From Octopus sinensis (lineage: Eukaryota): DNA of 64,000 nt. Positions 12,928-27,279 of this stretch are shown piece after piece. The position numbers were made by a program, and so were the translations under genes. The notes beneath the pieces were generated by a model. It was not told the DNA's origin. It did not search any database and was given only the letters and a program-made list of their open reading frames with translations. The stretch spans positions 24,614,001 through 24,678,000 of the forward strand of contig NC_043003.1 of the NCBI RefSeq assembly GCF_006345805.1. Reading direction: 5' to 3'. Numbering within the stretch: position 1 is the first letter of the stretch; every line of letters starts with the position of its first letter.

Positions 12928-13729
12928 TTCAGAGAAGAAACGGGTTAAATAGGACTCAGTAAATTTCATGATATAATATTTTATTATTTTTAATCTGCAG
13001 AAGTTACTTAGAGTTTTAAGAGGTGAAGGTTTTGTGCATGGCACTTATCAAAATGACTCCAAAGTTTTGAGATCCTGCTTTTCTTTCATTCTAATAGCTA
13101 AATGGGCAGACTGTTTGAAAAAATGTGCATTTTCACATGATCCTCTAATTTTAATTTTTATTTGAACAATCCAAAAATATTTATAATTCAATTCAAATTA
13201 CGATGAACATAAACAAACAAATGCGGTTTGCTTTTAGAAGCTTTGAGATGTCTTAGAAAGTTAAAGAAGTGATTTTAAATTCTCAAACGCAGGATAATGC
13301 TAATAATATAGCCTGAACAGGATAAGCTACCCCTATTTTGCAGAGAAAAGTGTTGGCAGCCAAGCAGGCTCCCAATTTTAAAGTCAGTTAAGCTGATGAA
13401 TGCCTTGTGAGTGGAACTGGTAAGCAAAAACTGCTTAGAGACCCACCAGAGAGCCCTAACTCTTTTCCAATCCGAGACACACAGGACCCAATCACATTCA
13501 AGAAGCTGACAATCTCCATGTTGCTTTGTGCTGCAGCTAGGTCTGTGAGCAAAACGTGCCTTTATAGTTTCTGTGCAAAACTGCAATATTGATGTTGTTA
13601 GTGTATTTAAAATAGAAATGAGGCAAAATAAAACTTGGCACATGTTAGGTGACATCACATTTCGTCATCTTGCATTCATGACCCACTAAATATGTTGTGT
13701 TGTGTGTGAAACACTTTTTGATATCCCTT

Positions 13730-14125
13730 TTACTCTTTTACTTGTTTCAGTCATTTGACTGGCCATGCTGGAGCACCACTTTTAGTCAAGCAAATCGACC
13801 CCAGGACTTATTGTTTGTAAGCTTAGTACTTATTCTATCGGTCTCTTTTGCCAAACCGCTAAGTTGTGGGGACATAAACACACCAGCATCGGTTGTCAAG
13901 CGATGTTGGGGGGACAAACACAGACACACTAGCACATACACACACACACACGTATACATATATACGACGGGCTTCTTTCAGTTTACATCTACTAAATCCA
14001 CTCATAAGGCTTTGGTCGGCCCGAGGCTATAGTAGAAGACACTTACCCAAGGTGCCATGCAGTGGGACTGAACCCGGAACCATATGGTTGGTAAGCAAGC
14101 TACTTACCACACAGCCTCTCCTACA
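13730..14125 (-). mobile_element. Full-length SINE family A
   Basis: Reverse complement of the 34768-35205 copy: tRNA-like head, (CA)n middle, tail ...gactgaaacaagtaaaagag. Confidence 0.85.
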
Positions 14126-14392
14126 CCTATCTCAATAAATAAATAAAAAATTATAGAATTTAATTGAAGCACAGTGAGCATTTTAGTTAGATATATATTA
14201 ATAAAAGGAATGTAGAGGGATTTTAGAAGGATCTGAATCCATCAAACTTTAAATTGATCTGATAGTGGTGAGGGCTCCCAAAATCTCAGGTGAAATTTCT
14301 TTTAAAGAAAGGGCCTACTAAAATTGCAGTTCATCTTATAAATTGTCAAATACTACACACACATATTCTTACTATATCCCTTTCTATTTTAA

Positions 14393-14555
14393 CCCTTTAG
14401 CATTTAAACTGACCATGTCTGACAAAAATATTCTACTTGTCATGTTCAATGCAGCGTATCTGAACTCTCAAAGCTACAAGATAATACATAATTAATTGAA
14501 AAAAATGTTAATAAATAAGCACCACATTTGACAGAGTAATCTGAATGCTAAAGGG
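14393..14555. mobile_element. piggyBac MITE
   Basis: ttaa-ccctttagcatt ... aatgctaaaggg termini. Confidence 0.7.
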
Positions 14556-15339
14556 TCAGTCTATTCTCAACAGTCTAATACTTTAGTAACAATTATCACA
14601 TGAATTAGCCATTTACAGATGCTACCAGTGGCTGTGGAATTATGGTGAGCTCGTTTACAAGCTCTATTTAATTGACATTAGCATCTATGGAATATAAACC
14701 AAGTAACACACTATCTGTTAATTTTTTTCCTTTTCCTTTTTTTTTACAAAACCACACCAACCTTGTTCATAGAATATCTGCATTTAATTTAGAATACCTC
14801 ACCATGATCATATTCTTTTAATATCAGTTTTCCATGCTGGCATGGATTGGACAGTTTGGTAGGAACCAACCAACCAGAGGGACTGCACAGAGCTCCAGTG
14901 TTAGTTTTGGCATGATTTCTTTGACTGGGTGCCCTTTTTAACACCAACCACTTAACAGAATGTACTTGGTGCTTTTTTTGTGTGTGTGGTGGTGAGTGGG
15001 GGTGGGGTACTAGCAGTAGTGAAACCATCAAGTAACTTTTATGACAAGAGCCTGCTCAACTGAGAGGTGGGTAATACAGTTCTATATACTCTTGTGAATT
15101 GATTTGGTTGGCAGAAACTGAATGGGCCCTGCTCTGTGTGTGTATATGTGTATTTCTATATTTATCTATGTGCACACATGCACACCTACATCTATACAGC
15201 AGGTTTCTTTCAGTTTCTCTCTATCAAATCCTCTCAGCACACTTTGGTCAGCCAGTGGCTACAGCACAAGACAATTGCCCAAGGTGGCATGCAGTGGGAC
15301 TGAAACCCAAAATCCATGTTCTTAATCACAGAAAATTAG

Positions 15340-15545
15340 ACAAAATGTTTATGTAAGAGATAACAGGTCACAAAAATGTGACAACACAGAAACAGTCCAA
15401 CCAGTGGGAGACCCAGTGGTAGACCACAAACAAGATGGTTGAATAATATCCATGAGTTCCATTGGTCTTGCTTGGAAATTTAACAGGATCAATTGGGGAC
15501 AGTTGCTTCTGACAGGACCTGATGGAGGACTGCCCCTTGCCCCCA
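15340..15545 (+). mobile_element. Degenerate RTE LINE 3' fragment
   Basis: KTVQPVGDPVVDHKQDG-like remnant of the RTE R-P-x-G-R-P-x-x-R-W motif; weak. Confidence 0.35.
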
Positions 15546-16107
15546 TGATCCTCTCAGGAATAAGTGGGTAAAGAAGATGAGATGAACTTCAAGATGTCAA
15601 AGTTTCACAATAAAAGAGAAAAATGTGCATGAAGGGAGTTCATGCTATTCAACATGTTTTTTATCGTGAACACCCTCTATTTCTGATGTTCGTAAACTAG
15701 AAATGGAATCTAATACATGTCATGTGGGATTATGAGTTGTTGTTGTTGTTTAATCTGAGGTCAGGACTGATGCAACAGCAGACATATGATCTAAGTGATT
15801 GGTGGTTCCAACTATGACCATCTATTTTGGGGAATTCCACCCACCCACCCTCTCTCCCTCACTCTCTCTCTCTCTCAAATTATATTTATTCAATGTCCTT
15901 TTAAAATGGTAGAATGTGGTTTGGGGGTGATTTGGCTGTTATTATTTGTAGAAGTTTTTAGTGATTGCATACAGGCTTTCTTATTGTTGGTTGAATGGGT
16001 TTTTTTCTGTCTTATACATGTTCAAAACTTGAATAAGACGAAGTAAGGCATTAACACATGGCAAGACCCAACATCTTAATTTCGCAACCTTTGTGCTTTG
16101 TGAAGGC

Positions 16108-16385
16108 ACATGGCCTAGTGGTTACAGCAGCGGACTTGCAGTTTCGAATCTCAAACCGGGCGATGTGTGTGTTTGTGAGCAAAAACACCTAAGCTCCACG
16201 TGGTTCTGGCAGAAGGTAATGGCGAACTTCTGCTGACTCTTTCACCACAACTTTCTCTCACTCTTTCCTTCTGCATCTTGCAGCTCACCTGCAACGGACT
16301 GGCGTCACGTCCAGGTGGGGAACCCATACGCCAAGGAAACTGGGAAACCGGCCCTTATGAGCCAGGCATGGATCGTGAAGAAACC
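16108..16385 (+). mobile_element. tRNA-headed SINE family E
   Basis: A-box tggcctagtgg, B-box-like gtttcgaatc, 3' block ctgcaacggactggcgtcacgtccagg; homologous to 28228-28691. Confidence 0.7.
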
Positions 16386-18071
16386 TTTGTGCTTCGTATA
16401 TATGACTTCTTAGCAACAAATTTTATAATAACTACAAGCCAAACATTTAGCTATTAGGATTATTATGAAGAAATATACAGACAGGAAACTATTGACTTTT
16501 TGCTGACATAATTTTACTATTTCAATGGTTTTAAGTGTAAGCAATTATAGGTGTTCTCAGTAAATGTGATTTTTAAAGAATAATGCGGCTTACAATTGGG
16601 CTGGTTAATTATATCTAGTAACTATAACTAATGTTACTGTCAATTGTTTTTCTGGAAATAGTTGAACAGCTTGTGTTGTGTTTGTGCACAGCTGTTGCTT
16701 TAGCCTTCAGTTTACAACCAACAAAAGACTGAAAAGCGATCCTTAGTCAAACTGTGTTTAATTTATCTAATTCGCTTTGTTTATTATTACAAATGCTAGA
16801 CTGTTCACTTTCGCTTCTTTGAAACATTTTAAAGTTCTATTTACACATCTTATTCTCATATTAATAACGATGCAACTGAAGCTGCAGCAATTAGTTTCAC
16901 AATTTACTGAAAATTAAGTAAATCCCAGAATGAACAGTGCCACACCTAACTGAAATCAGAGACAATTGGGTCGTGTTGGATGACAAGCGGAACGATACTA
17001 AGTCTGTGTTGTTTAACCTCAAATCACCTTTGATCAAGTGGAACTACGATCACTGCTGTTTCAGCTGTGACCATCCTGTGCATTCATCCACCATTTTCAA
17101 GACTACTATGTGAGTTGTGCAAGATTTTTGGCTTGTTATTTCTAGCAAAACATGCAACCACGTGGCAGATCCTTCTTTAGTTCATATCATTCATATCTAT
17201 ACACCCAGTGTAATTGTTGCTATAGGTGATGGAAATTTATCAATATTATAAAGCACTAAATTACTTAACTCTCCTTAGATGCCACACTCTACTGAATAAG
17301 TCTTTTGCTGGACAACTGGAAGCAACACTCTGCATCCTTACTGCATTTAGTTATGCGTTATACCATACAGAAGAGTTGTAGCGGGGAATGAACTCTCACT
17401 ATTATTAGGACGACGTTTTGTGATTGGGGAAAAGAAAAAGGAAATTTGTTGTTTTGTTATAAAGATATTTGAAATCTAAAATCTATTGAAATAGAGGGTT
17501 TTTGTATATTGTTTACAAAATTTTTCAAACTTTGAAAGATATTCTAGGAAAATTCTTTATGAGCACAGTATCTCAGCAACCTTTAACATTGTTCAATGAG
17601 TTAAAAAATTTTACACCTATGTTCTACTCTGTAATGTAAATGGCAGAAACTATGTAGTATAGAGTGGCTCAGCTATAGAGTTCATACACATCTTTATTAC
17701 AGCGGTTGCTCGAATTAAACACACTTTCATTTTTTAAAAATGCTTTCACATGTATCATAGTGAAATGGACGTACGAAAATTTTGGAAGTTGTCATGTTGG
17801 AGTACCCAGTCACGTTGGAACTTGTAACATAACTTTATTTCTTCATGGATTTTCTAAAAACATTTATTAATTGTGTATTGATCATTTTCACTGTCAGTAT
17901 GACGGGAGTATATATTTTACAATTAGGTAAGGACATGCAATTTTCATTTACTTCTAAAACACAATTGTACAGCATTCATTTCACTTGCTACAGATATAAC
18001 ATATCACTAACAAATGCACTGTTTATTTTCTGAACTTTCATTCAGTTATATATAGAACTTTCATTCTATAA

Positions 18072-18250
18072 TCTATTATATAAAATCCATTCTGTTTGTC
18101 TGTGTGTGTGTCTTCTAGGATCTCGGGCATCCTCCATCCAATTGCACTCAAATTTGATATGTAGATACCGATGGTATCAGGGCATGTATAAGTCTTGAAA
18201 AAATTACAAAAATCGATTCCAGGTGAGAATGCAATCGATAAAGCAGTGGG
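18072..18250 (+). mobile_element. Helitron-like 5' end (3' end not found)
   Basis: A|TCTATTATATAAAATCC...tgtctgtgtgtg start, like the 49517 element. Confidence 0.45.
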
Positions 18251-21200
18251 AACATGCATTTGTACGTGCAAGTACATCAGCTGTTGCGTTCGATACTACA
18301 TGTACGCGAGAAAAATGCACGTGCAGTTTGCGCAAAATAAGCCGGCTGGCTTGAAATAATGCCACAAAATGCAGTATATTTAAGAGACCAAAAAATTAAG
18401 ATGCAAAAGAGATATTTTCTTCAAACTTGGCATGAAGGAAGGAAAGACTATTTGGTTTCTCAAGAAGTTGGGGGTTTTTTGCCTTAACTTCATTTAACAA
18501 AACCAAAAGTTTTATTGAAATAAAGGCATGCTTAATTATTTTTTAATGAAAAGAATACACTGATTGCTTTTTATTCAGCAGATATGATTCAGCACCTTCC
18601 ATTAGACAGGGGGAGGGGCGTTTTGCTCGTTTGATATATGTGCAGGAGTTCATTCATAATTAGCCACAATAAACAAAGTGATATCAAAGTCTCATGTGGC
18701 TGCAGATATTAGCAAAAGAAGAAAAACCTTAGGAGAAAAAAATTATTGTTTTATTATATCCATTAACAGTTAAGGATATCAAAGGAAGTGACATTGAAAC
18801 AATAGGAAGTTGGAAGTGTTAAATCATGTTGAGTGAGATATCGTGATGGCTATTGGTATAAAAATGGTTGTTATGGTCAACCTGTGAAGTTTGTCATATC
18901 ATCATCATCATCATTCACTTTTCCATGCTTGCATGGGTTAGATGAAATTTGTCAGGGCAAGATTTTATGGATCTGATGGGGATTTGGCCGCTGTTCCCTG
19001 TAGGTAAAATGACCGCGCAGAGTCTCTCTCATAGGCTCATTCTGTTACTGGGTTTTGAATAAACTTTGAAAGCTATTGTTGTGGCTTTAAACTATTATTT
19101 TGCTATTATCCTTCAGTGTCATAAATAGAGATCATAAAACCATTCTCCTTGGTGAGGTGATAGCCATGTCTCATTCAACATATAAAAAGATAGTTTCACA
19201 ATCTGTTCTTAATAGAATTACAGCCTACCTAGATGGATCAGTTGACCACATGTGCCCAGACATTTCTCTGTGGAATGGTTTTTATGGCTGGATGTCCTTC
19301 TTTATGCCATCACTTTACAGAGTGTACTGGATACATTTTATTGCATTATCAGTGCTAGAGAGGACTACTACAAATTTGACAAGACTTAGCAAACCCCTCG
19401 ACTATGTATCACTATTCTCTCATCGTTCACTTCACAGAGTATTCAGAGAGGAATTATAGTGGCACCAATACATGTGGAGATTGTCTCATACCTCATAAGT
19501 TTAGAGTCATTGCCTGCTGAGGAGCTGAATAGATGAAAACAGTAGTGATAGAAGAACCAGGGTGGGTGGGAGAGGAGACTAAGAGTGTGTTGGTAGAAGC
19601 AGATTGATTGGAATGAGAAGGTGGTGGAGGGAGTGAGAGAGAGAGAGAGAGATAGTAAGACATGGATAAATGATGAATAAATGACTGACTTTTCTACCAA
19701 ATGGCCCAGGAAGAGAGCAAGGATGTACAGAAGTGATAATGATAGAGCAGATAAATGGTGAATGAGCAGACCTGTGATCTTGTGCCTTACCATCTCCAGT
19801 CTAAGACAGTGTACCATTAAAACCCTTAAATTTACTATTAATGTTAGGCTTCACAATCTCTATATCTTCCCTATATACATAGCATAACAAGCAAAAAATG
19901 TCTCTCAAAGACTAGCTTTCCTCTTCAGGGCCAGAGAATATTTCAGCATTGAGCAGCTGTTGATTCTCTTTATAAAGCTTAAGTAAGACCAATAATGGAG
20001 TTTGACCCTCACATCTGAAAAAATTCCCCTGTTGCATATACAGTAATATACTAGTTATCACCTAAAAGAGTGAAATACCATGAGGTACTTTCACTCATAC
20101 ATATGCACAAAAGACAGGTTTCCACTGACAAGTGTTCAATAATTGTCCAAACAACAATAAAGCAAGGTTTTAGAAAACTCTTCAGCCTTACTGATGGCAA
20201 GGCAACCTCTACAGTGTAGGTGCCATGTAAAATGTATCCAGTATTCTGTAAAGTGGTTGGTGTTAGAGCACATACAGCCATAAAAACCATGGCAAAAAAT
20301 GAGACCTAGGGAGAAGGTATGGTTCCCCCAACCCATTGAATTCTTTCCAGCCCTCCAACTCATGCCAATATGGAGAGTAGACATAGAGTGATTATTATGA
20401 TGATGAAGGTTTTGTTTGACTCAAAGCTATTTAGAAGACACTTAATTACCATGCCATGCAATCAACTTGGAACCGTGTGATTCTGAAGCAAACTTCTCAA
20501 CCACATAGCCATAACTGCTTTCTTTCTGTTCACATTTAACGATGGTGCTGAAAGCAATAATTTGTCATAGATGAAGGTTGGAGAAGTAAGAATAATTTGT
20601 TTCTCACTCCTCTCCCTGCTGCTAGTCAGTCAACAACAAAAAGTGTTCATTTTCTTGTGAAAACTCAGTTATATGGTATGCTTGTCAGAAGTCTGTTAAA
20701 ATTGATAATAAAAATATTAAAAAATGTTGATATAGTAAAGGAGGCAAAAGATGTTATTAAAAATTTTCCTGAAGCTTAATTTTAAAATTACTGAATTTTA
20801 CAGTTTGTTTGTTTTGTTGGTATTGTTTATTGCTTGTTTGTTTTCCTAATTTGCAATGCATTTTTTTTTATTCATACATATAGCTAACTCATCAACTATC
20901 TTAAATGTTTAATCTTATGTTTATATTTATATATTTTATGCAATATATCATTTGATAAACTTGGCTGTGTGTGTTGTGTGTGCATGTGTGTGTGTGTGTT
21001 TTCATAGTTAAATAGTAATCTTAACAAGATATATACACTTTATTGTGATGTCACCCTCAAGACTCGAGATAAAACTGATGATGTAGAAGCAGTTCGCTGT
21101 TGGGGGGGCCTTATTGATGTTGTTTAGATCTGGAGAAACTTTTTTTTCAAAGTGTCATCCCTGCCATGACCATTCTGGAAGATTTCTTATTCTCAGATTT

Positions 21201-21512
21201 GACATTGTTGTATCTGGGACCATGTCAGCCTACAAGCTTTCCTTCTCTTTCCTTTTCTTTTCTTTTTTTTTTTTTGTAAGGTACGATTTAGAAGAGATTT
21301 GCTTGATTCTATTCCGTATCCTATAGTCTTGCTAAGGATTGCTATCATTCTCCTCCTCTTGATGCTACACTGTATGTCATCTAGTAGAAAAACAAAATAG
21401 CCTGGCTTTCCTTCAGTTTCGAGGATAAATGTTCCAGCTGATATGGTCAACAGAACAGCCTGCTTGTTAAATTAACATGCAAGTGGCTGAACATTCTACC
21501 GACATGCATACC

Positions 21513-21745
21513 TATTTCTTTATTACCCACAAGGGGCTAAACATAGAGGGGACAAACAAGGACAGACATAGGTATTAAGTCGATTACATCGACCCCAGTG
21601 TGTAACTGGTACTTAATTTATCGACCCCGAAAGGATGAAAGGCAAAGACCACCTCTGCGGAATTTGAACTCACAACGTAACGACAGACGAAATACGGCTA
21701 TGCATTTCGCCCGGCGTGCTAACGTTTCTGCCAGCTAGCCGCCTT
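21513..21745 (-). mobile_element. Young SINE family B copy with 8-bp TSD
   Basis: CpG-rich and near-identical to the 33525 and 57061 copies; flanked by tgcatacc at 21505 and 21745. Confidence 0.85.
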
Positions 21746-21899
21746 GCATACCCTTAATGTAATTCTCAGGGAGATTCAGCATGACAGCAGTGTGTGACAA
21801 GTACAACTCAATTTTGTCACCTAAGTGAACTGGGGCAATGTGAAATAAAATGTCTTGCTCAAGGACACAACACACTTCTGGGAATCAAATTCACAACCT

Positions 21900-22098
21900 T
21901 ATTCTCTTACTTGTTTCAGTCATTTGACTGCGACCATGCTGGAGCAGCACCTTTAGTTGAGCAAATCAACCCCAGAACTTATTCTTTGTAAGCCTAGTAC
22001 TTATTCTATCAGTGTCTTTTGCCGAACCGCTAAGTTACGGAGATGTAAACACACCAGCACCAGTTATCAAGAGATGTTGTGGGGACAAACACACACAT

Positions 22099-22141
<43 letters not shown>

Positions 22142-22290
22142 ACGGCTTCTTTCAGTTTCCATCTACCAAACAAATCCACTCACAAGGCTTTGGTCAGCCC
22201 ATTGCTATAGTATAAGACACTTGCCCAAGGTGCCACACAGTGGGACTGAACCCAGAACCATGTGGTTGGTAAGCAAGCTACTTACCACAC
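21900..22290 (-). mobile_element. Full-length SINE family A
   Basis: Same modules as 13730-14125. Confidence 0.85.
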
Positions 22291-22799
22291 AACCACTCCT
22301 GCACCTTATGATCAAGAGCCAAATATCCTTTCCACAAAATAGCAGCTCTATAAATAAAATTAAATGCAGATATCAGAACATTTTTAGACCCATCTAAAAT
22401 CTGAGAACATTGGGAAAAAGAATGAGGTGAAATATTTGGAGCAAACTATTACAAATATTAATCCATTGGTTGATCGATTGTTCTAAAGGTTCAAACAATG
22501 TTTTGCTTTTGTTTTTACTCAAATTCTAAACACATGTTCTTTGATGGAAAAAGAGAAGTCTGTGTTGGGGAGTTTTTAATTTATTAATGAAATAGAATAT
22601 TCAATAGATATGTTTTGCATAAATGATAATTTGTGTAAACAATCAGAAAATGAAGAGCAAAGCAAAAATAATAAGAAACATGAAATGGGATGGGGTGATT
22701 GGTTTTGGGTTGGGTTTTTTTTTGGTGGTTGGGGGGAAACATCACATTGGAGAATTTTCTTTGTTGATATATTGCACTGGCAGAGAAAAGTTCTCTTAA

Positions 22800-23240
22800 C
22801 CCCTTACCTGGCAAAGACGAGTTAAACTTGTCTTCACTCAATTTGTCTTTTTCAGAGTTCAATGAGTAAACTCGTCCAAAACATATAATTTCAAAAATAG
22901 CCACAAATGAGTTTATACATCAATTCTCAGCATTTCTCAGTTTTTATGTGTTTTTTTTTTCTCTTTTTTTTTACAACTTATGCCCAGGTGTTGAGCTCAG
23001 AAGATGACAATGCATATGAACATTCTGTTAGAAGTGTGGATACATCAGATGAGAGTGCAAGCTTGTCTGATAAAAAAAAATCATTTGAAAATGAAACATT
23101 TTCTCTAAAAGAAGTTGCCGAGGAAGGGGCTGATACACATTGTAGAGTTTAATCCCTATTTTTTAAACTTACTATTAGGGATCAATAGTAAACATGATTT
23201 TTGAGTGTTAAATATATAACATCTAGCATTGTGAACTGCC
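22800..23240 (+). mobile_element. piggyBac 5' end with acidic transposase N-terminal remnant
   Basis: TTAA-CCCCTT terminus at 22796; peptide VLSSEDDNAYEHSVRSVDTSDESASLSD is acidic, like piggyBac N-termini. Confidence 0.5.
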
Positions 23241-23974
23241 CGTGCTAGAAATAACGAGTAAGTTTCCCTCAAATCATATCCTATTGTCTTAAAAAAAAGA
23301 AACACATTGGACACTGTCTTCTTCTGTGATATACAAAATGATGGGATGGTCAAGGATGGAACACATTTTACCATAGATCAGCTCAATCAAGGCTACTATG
23401 ATTGGTTTCTTCATTTTTGTAGTTTTGTTTCAGCTTCACAGAGAAGGATATTCTTTACACACACACTGAAGAAGGCAAGTCTTGTTGACTTTGACCCTTT
23501 TGATACCAAACTATCTGAAACTACTCATTGTTTTATAACACAAACTTCCTGGTTTAAAGTGTTCAAAATTAAAACCTTCAATCAAAATTCCATGTTAATT
23601 TCTATTCCAAACAAAGACAGCAAACTGACAGAATCACTAGCATGCCAGGCAAAATACTTAGCAGCCTTTTGTAGGTCTCCATGTTCTAAGTTCAAATTCC
23701 ACCAAAGTTGACTTTACCATTCATCTTTTCGGGGTCAATAAAATAAGTACCAGCTGAGTATTGGTGTCGATGTAATCTACTTACCCCATCTCCCAAAAGT
23801 TGACTTTGTGCCAAAATTTTAAACCAATTTATAATCCAAGCAGCATCTTAATATTGACAAAATTACTTTAATAAACTCTTCATTTTCAAAATTAATTAAG
23901 ACACAAATATGGTAACAAAAATAATTAGTTGCTAGTTGTTTGAGAACTTGTTATAAGCATTCCAGGCTTGTCAC

Positions 23975-24500
23975 TTGCATGTCAAGCCCCAAGATAGGAC
24001 CCAATCTACTTAAAGTGACTGACTTCCTTGAGTTGTGTACCATCTTTGAAACAATTTGGCCGGTGGTTTTTTATCATGTACTAGTCTTCTTTTCATTGGG
24101 AGACAGACTGACTTTGATAGCAGCATTCTCGGGTGAGGTTAACCTGGACTATAGAGAAGCTTGAACATCGCTTCAACAGTACACACATCAGGCTTCTCAT
24201 GATGGCTCAGAACATCTCATGGCATGAGTACAAGACCGAAGTGAGATTTGTGGACACATTCCGCCCATCTCTGCTTTTATTGCTCAATACAGAGTAGGCT
24301 TTGTTGGCTGCTGTTGTCATGCTAAACATCAAGCCACGTCAGAAGCTATATTTTGGAGGCTTTCACACCCTAACAGAACACAAAGAACATTCAACTACAA
24401 TGATGTTCTTGGCAGGAGACACGCGACAGGAAATTGAGAAAGTACCAATGATATGAGATAGAGGTTCTTGGCATGGCATGGTAAAACCTGTCTCATTTAC
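23975..24500 (-). pseudogene. Decayed non-LTR (RTE-like) reverse transcriptase fragment
   Basis: Minus strand: ENAAIKVSLSPNEKKT (cf. AAKVGLxINxKKT) and KDGTQLKEVSHFK*IGS (cf. LEEVxxFKYLGS). Confidence 0.7.
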
Positions 24501-25734
24501 AACCACTTGAAGAAGAAGAAGAATGGTTGGCTTACTTTGGTAACTGCTTTCATTCTTTAGATATAGATAATGAAGTGTCAAGTGTATTCTCCATGCACGC
24601 AAACACTACCAAAAACACAAACCTTCAACCTTTTGGCTAATAGCCTGACACACTATCAACTTGGCAAGCTTAAAACTCATTGATTTCATTGGTGTGTTCT
24701 GTCTGTATATAAAACAAACAGTACTTCTACAAATGTGGTTCTCTTGTGTTATATTACATTACACCATTGATATTGCAAGCCTCTAATACTTCAAAAAACC
24801 CAAACTATTAACTTTTCTCTTTTTGTTTATTTTATTTTATTTTTTTTTTCAAAATGGATAATTTTATTGTGTTATTTCATGGAGAATATATTAAAAATGG
24901 AATAATCCAGAAAACAATTGAAGATTCATGATTTACCAACTTCTAGGAATATTTATTTCATTAATATGGACAAAGATGCAAAAAACAAAATATTAAATTA
25001 ATAATAGTTTCCAATTTAGTACCAGTTTAGTATTTGTACCTTCCTTCCTTCCTTCCATGTGTGTGTATGTATGTACATACATATACATACATACATACAT
25101 ATATCCTCTCTCTCACTCACTGTCTCACTCTTTCACACTTTGTGCTGCTCTCTCTCTCATTCTCTCATATATAAAACTCAACTATTCTTTTGATCTGATA
25201 TTAATTTTGAGATTATTAGAAATGTTTTGTTTTCCTAAATTTTATTTAAAATATTTGTTGCTATGATCTTACATCATAAAAATTGCTCATCGCCGTTTTA
25301 CTTCTTTTCGTTTAGCCCTAGGTCAAATTTGGTCCAGCAGACCTATAATTTGATCAAAACTATTCGAACTGTTGAAGCATTGGAACTTTTTTTTGTTTGT
25401 TTTTTTTTTATAGACTTAGTATATCTAGGACTACATTAACCAGTATGTCCTAGAAATAGCTTTCAAATTTAGGAGATTTGACAGCTATTTTTAGGGAGGT
25501 CAAGCAACTACAGAAAGGTTCTCTCACAGGTCATTGTTATTATCATTAGTAGTGGTTGTGGGGGCAGTGGATTGGTCAAATTATCAGACCATCAAACAAA
25601 TACCCTTATAGTAGTCTGTCATCTTAAATATGAGCAAGTGAGACTTAACTTGGCTACTCAACCAGCTAGAAATAGCAACCAAATATCCATCATATCGCCA
25701 TGCCTACATAAATAGTTAGTTTTGTTTTGTGATC

Positions 25735-26027
25735 CTTATCTTTTACTTGTTTCAGTCATTGGACCATGGCCATACTGGGGTACTGCCTTGAAGGGTTAAC
25801 TCAGACAAATCTCCCCCAGCACTTATTTTTTAAGCCTACTACTCACTCTATTAAACTCATTTGCTGAATTACTAAGTTATAGGAACATAAACAAACCAAC
25901 ACCAGTTATCAAGTGGGGTAGGGATGGTGCAAACACACGCACACACATGTATCTCTCTCTCTCTCTCCTTCCCTCTCTCTCTATATATGTCTCTTTGTGT
26001 ATATGTATGTATATGTGTGTATATGTA

Positions 26028-26078
<51 letters not shown>

Positions 26079-26265
26079 ATGTATGTGGATATATATAGAT
26101 ACGCATGTGACAGGCTTCTTTCAGTTTCCATCTACCAAATCCACTCATAAAGCTTTGGTAAGCCTAGGGCTATGCCAGAAAGCACTTACCCAAGGCACTG
26201 TACAGTGGAACCGAACCCAAGACCACATGTTTGGGAAGCAACTTGCTTAACCACACAGCCACGTG
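25735..26265 (-). mobile_element. SINE family A with expanded central microsatellite
   Basis: Tail at 25735-25925, (CT)/(AT)/(GT) block, head at 26110-26265. Confidence 0.75.
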
Positions 26266-26922
26266 TTTATTCCTCTTTTCTCGTTTTTCACTTGTGCTCT
26301 CTATTCAGCAGCTCCAAGCTGCCACCATTGTCCGACATTTATTTATTCATTCATTCTCACCACCAACTAATCAACTTGATCAACAAACAGCCATACAAAT
26401 CACTTTAGTGAACGACGATGCCCTCCTCCTTCTCGTCCTCTGTGTCCTCCCTCTCACCACTCCAACCGGAACTGGCATTTAAAGCATGTTACAGAACAAG
26501 ACAACCATCACCTCCATCACTGCCACCCCTACCACCTCCTTGGCTAATTAATCTCTATAGAAAATAGTTTGACAGTTTCTGATCGTCAATAGTTTTTCCC
26601 TGTGAGTTTCTAAGGATCTTCCTGGCTCCTTTTTGCAATTTTGTATTTTTTTTTCTTTCTTTGTTCTCTCTCCCACTCACACTCCCTCTATCTCATTCAC
26701 TCTCTCTTGAGTTTTTAAACAAAAACATTGGTTTCCTTAAATTCATTGCCACCACCACCATCATCATCACCACCACCATCGTTATCATCATCATCATCAT
26801 ATTTTTATTAGCCTTCCCATGGTGGCATGGATTTGGACAGGTCAACAGAGCAGTAGTTTTGTCATTTTGTATGTATTATATGCATGCAAAAGAGTACATG
26901 TAAATATGAATATGTGTGTATG

Positions 26923-26964
<42 letters not shown>

Positions 26965-27279
26965 AACTTACATCATTATTGTTACAGCCACTTTTCCTTG
27001 CTTGCATGGGTTGGATAGAATTTGTTGAAGCAGATTTTCTGCAACCAAGTGCTTTTTCTGTTGCTAACCCTCACTTGTTTTCAGGCAAAGTAACATATCT
27101 TCAACACCTTGCCATGTTTCCATAGAATATTGGAACCAAAGAACACCACTTCTATGTAGGTGATGCTCATTTACAACTACTACTCTGCCAAAAATAAAAA
27201 GGCACAAACCACACACACACACACACATATGCATGTATATGCCTTGCCAATGTAGAACAACACCAGTCTTCTGCCCTCA

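Noticed and set aside
13344-13419. Exon-like segment with good acceptor and gtaagc donor
   Set aside because: Stops in all three frames and no ArfGAP1 similarity; cannot be supported.
20571-20585. 15-nt microexon candidate MKVGE
   Set aside because: Weak polypyrimidine tract; does not match the expected next ArfGAP1 segment.
23307-23711. 134-aa ORF
   Set aside because: Runs across three unrelated repeat fragments (dispersed repeat, piggyBac MITE, SINE B).
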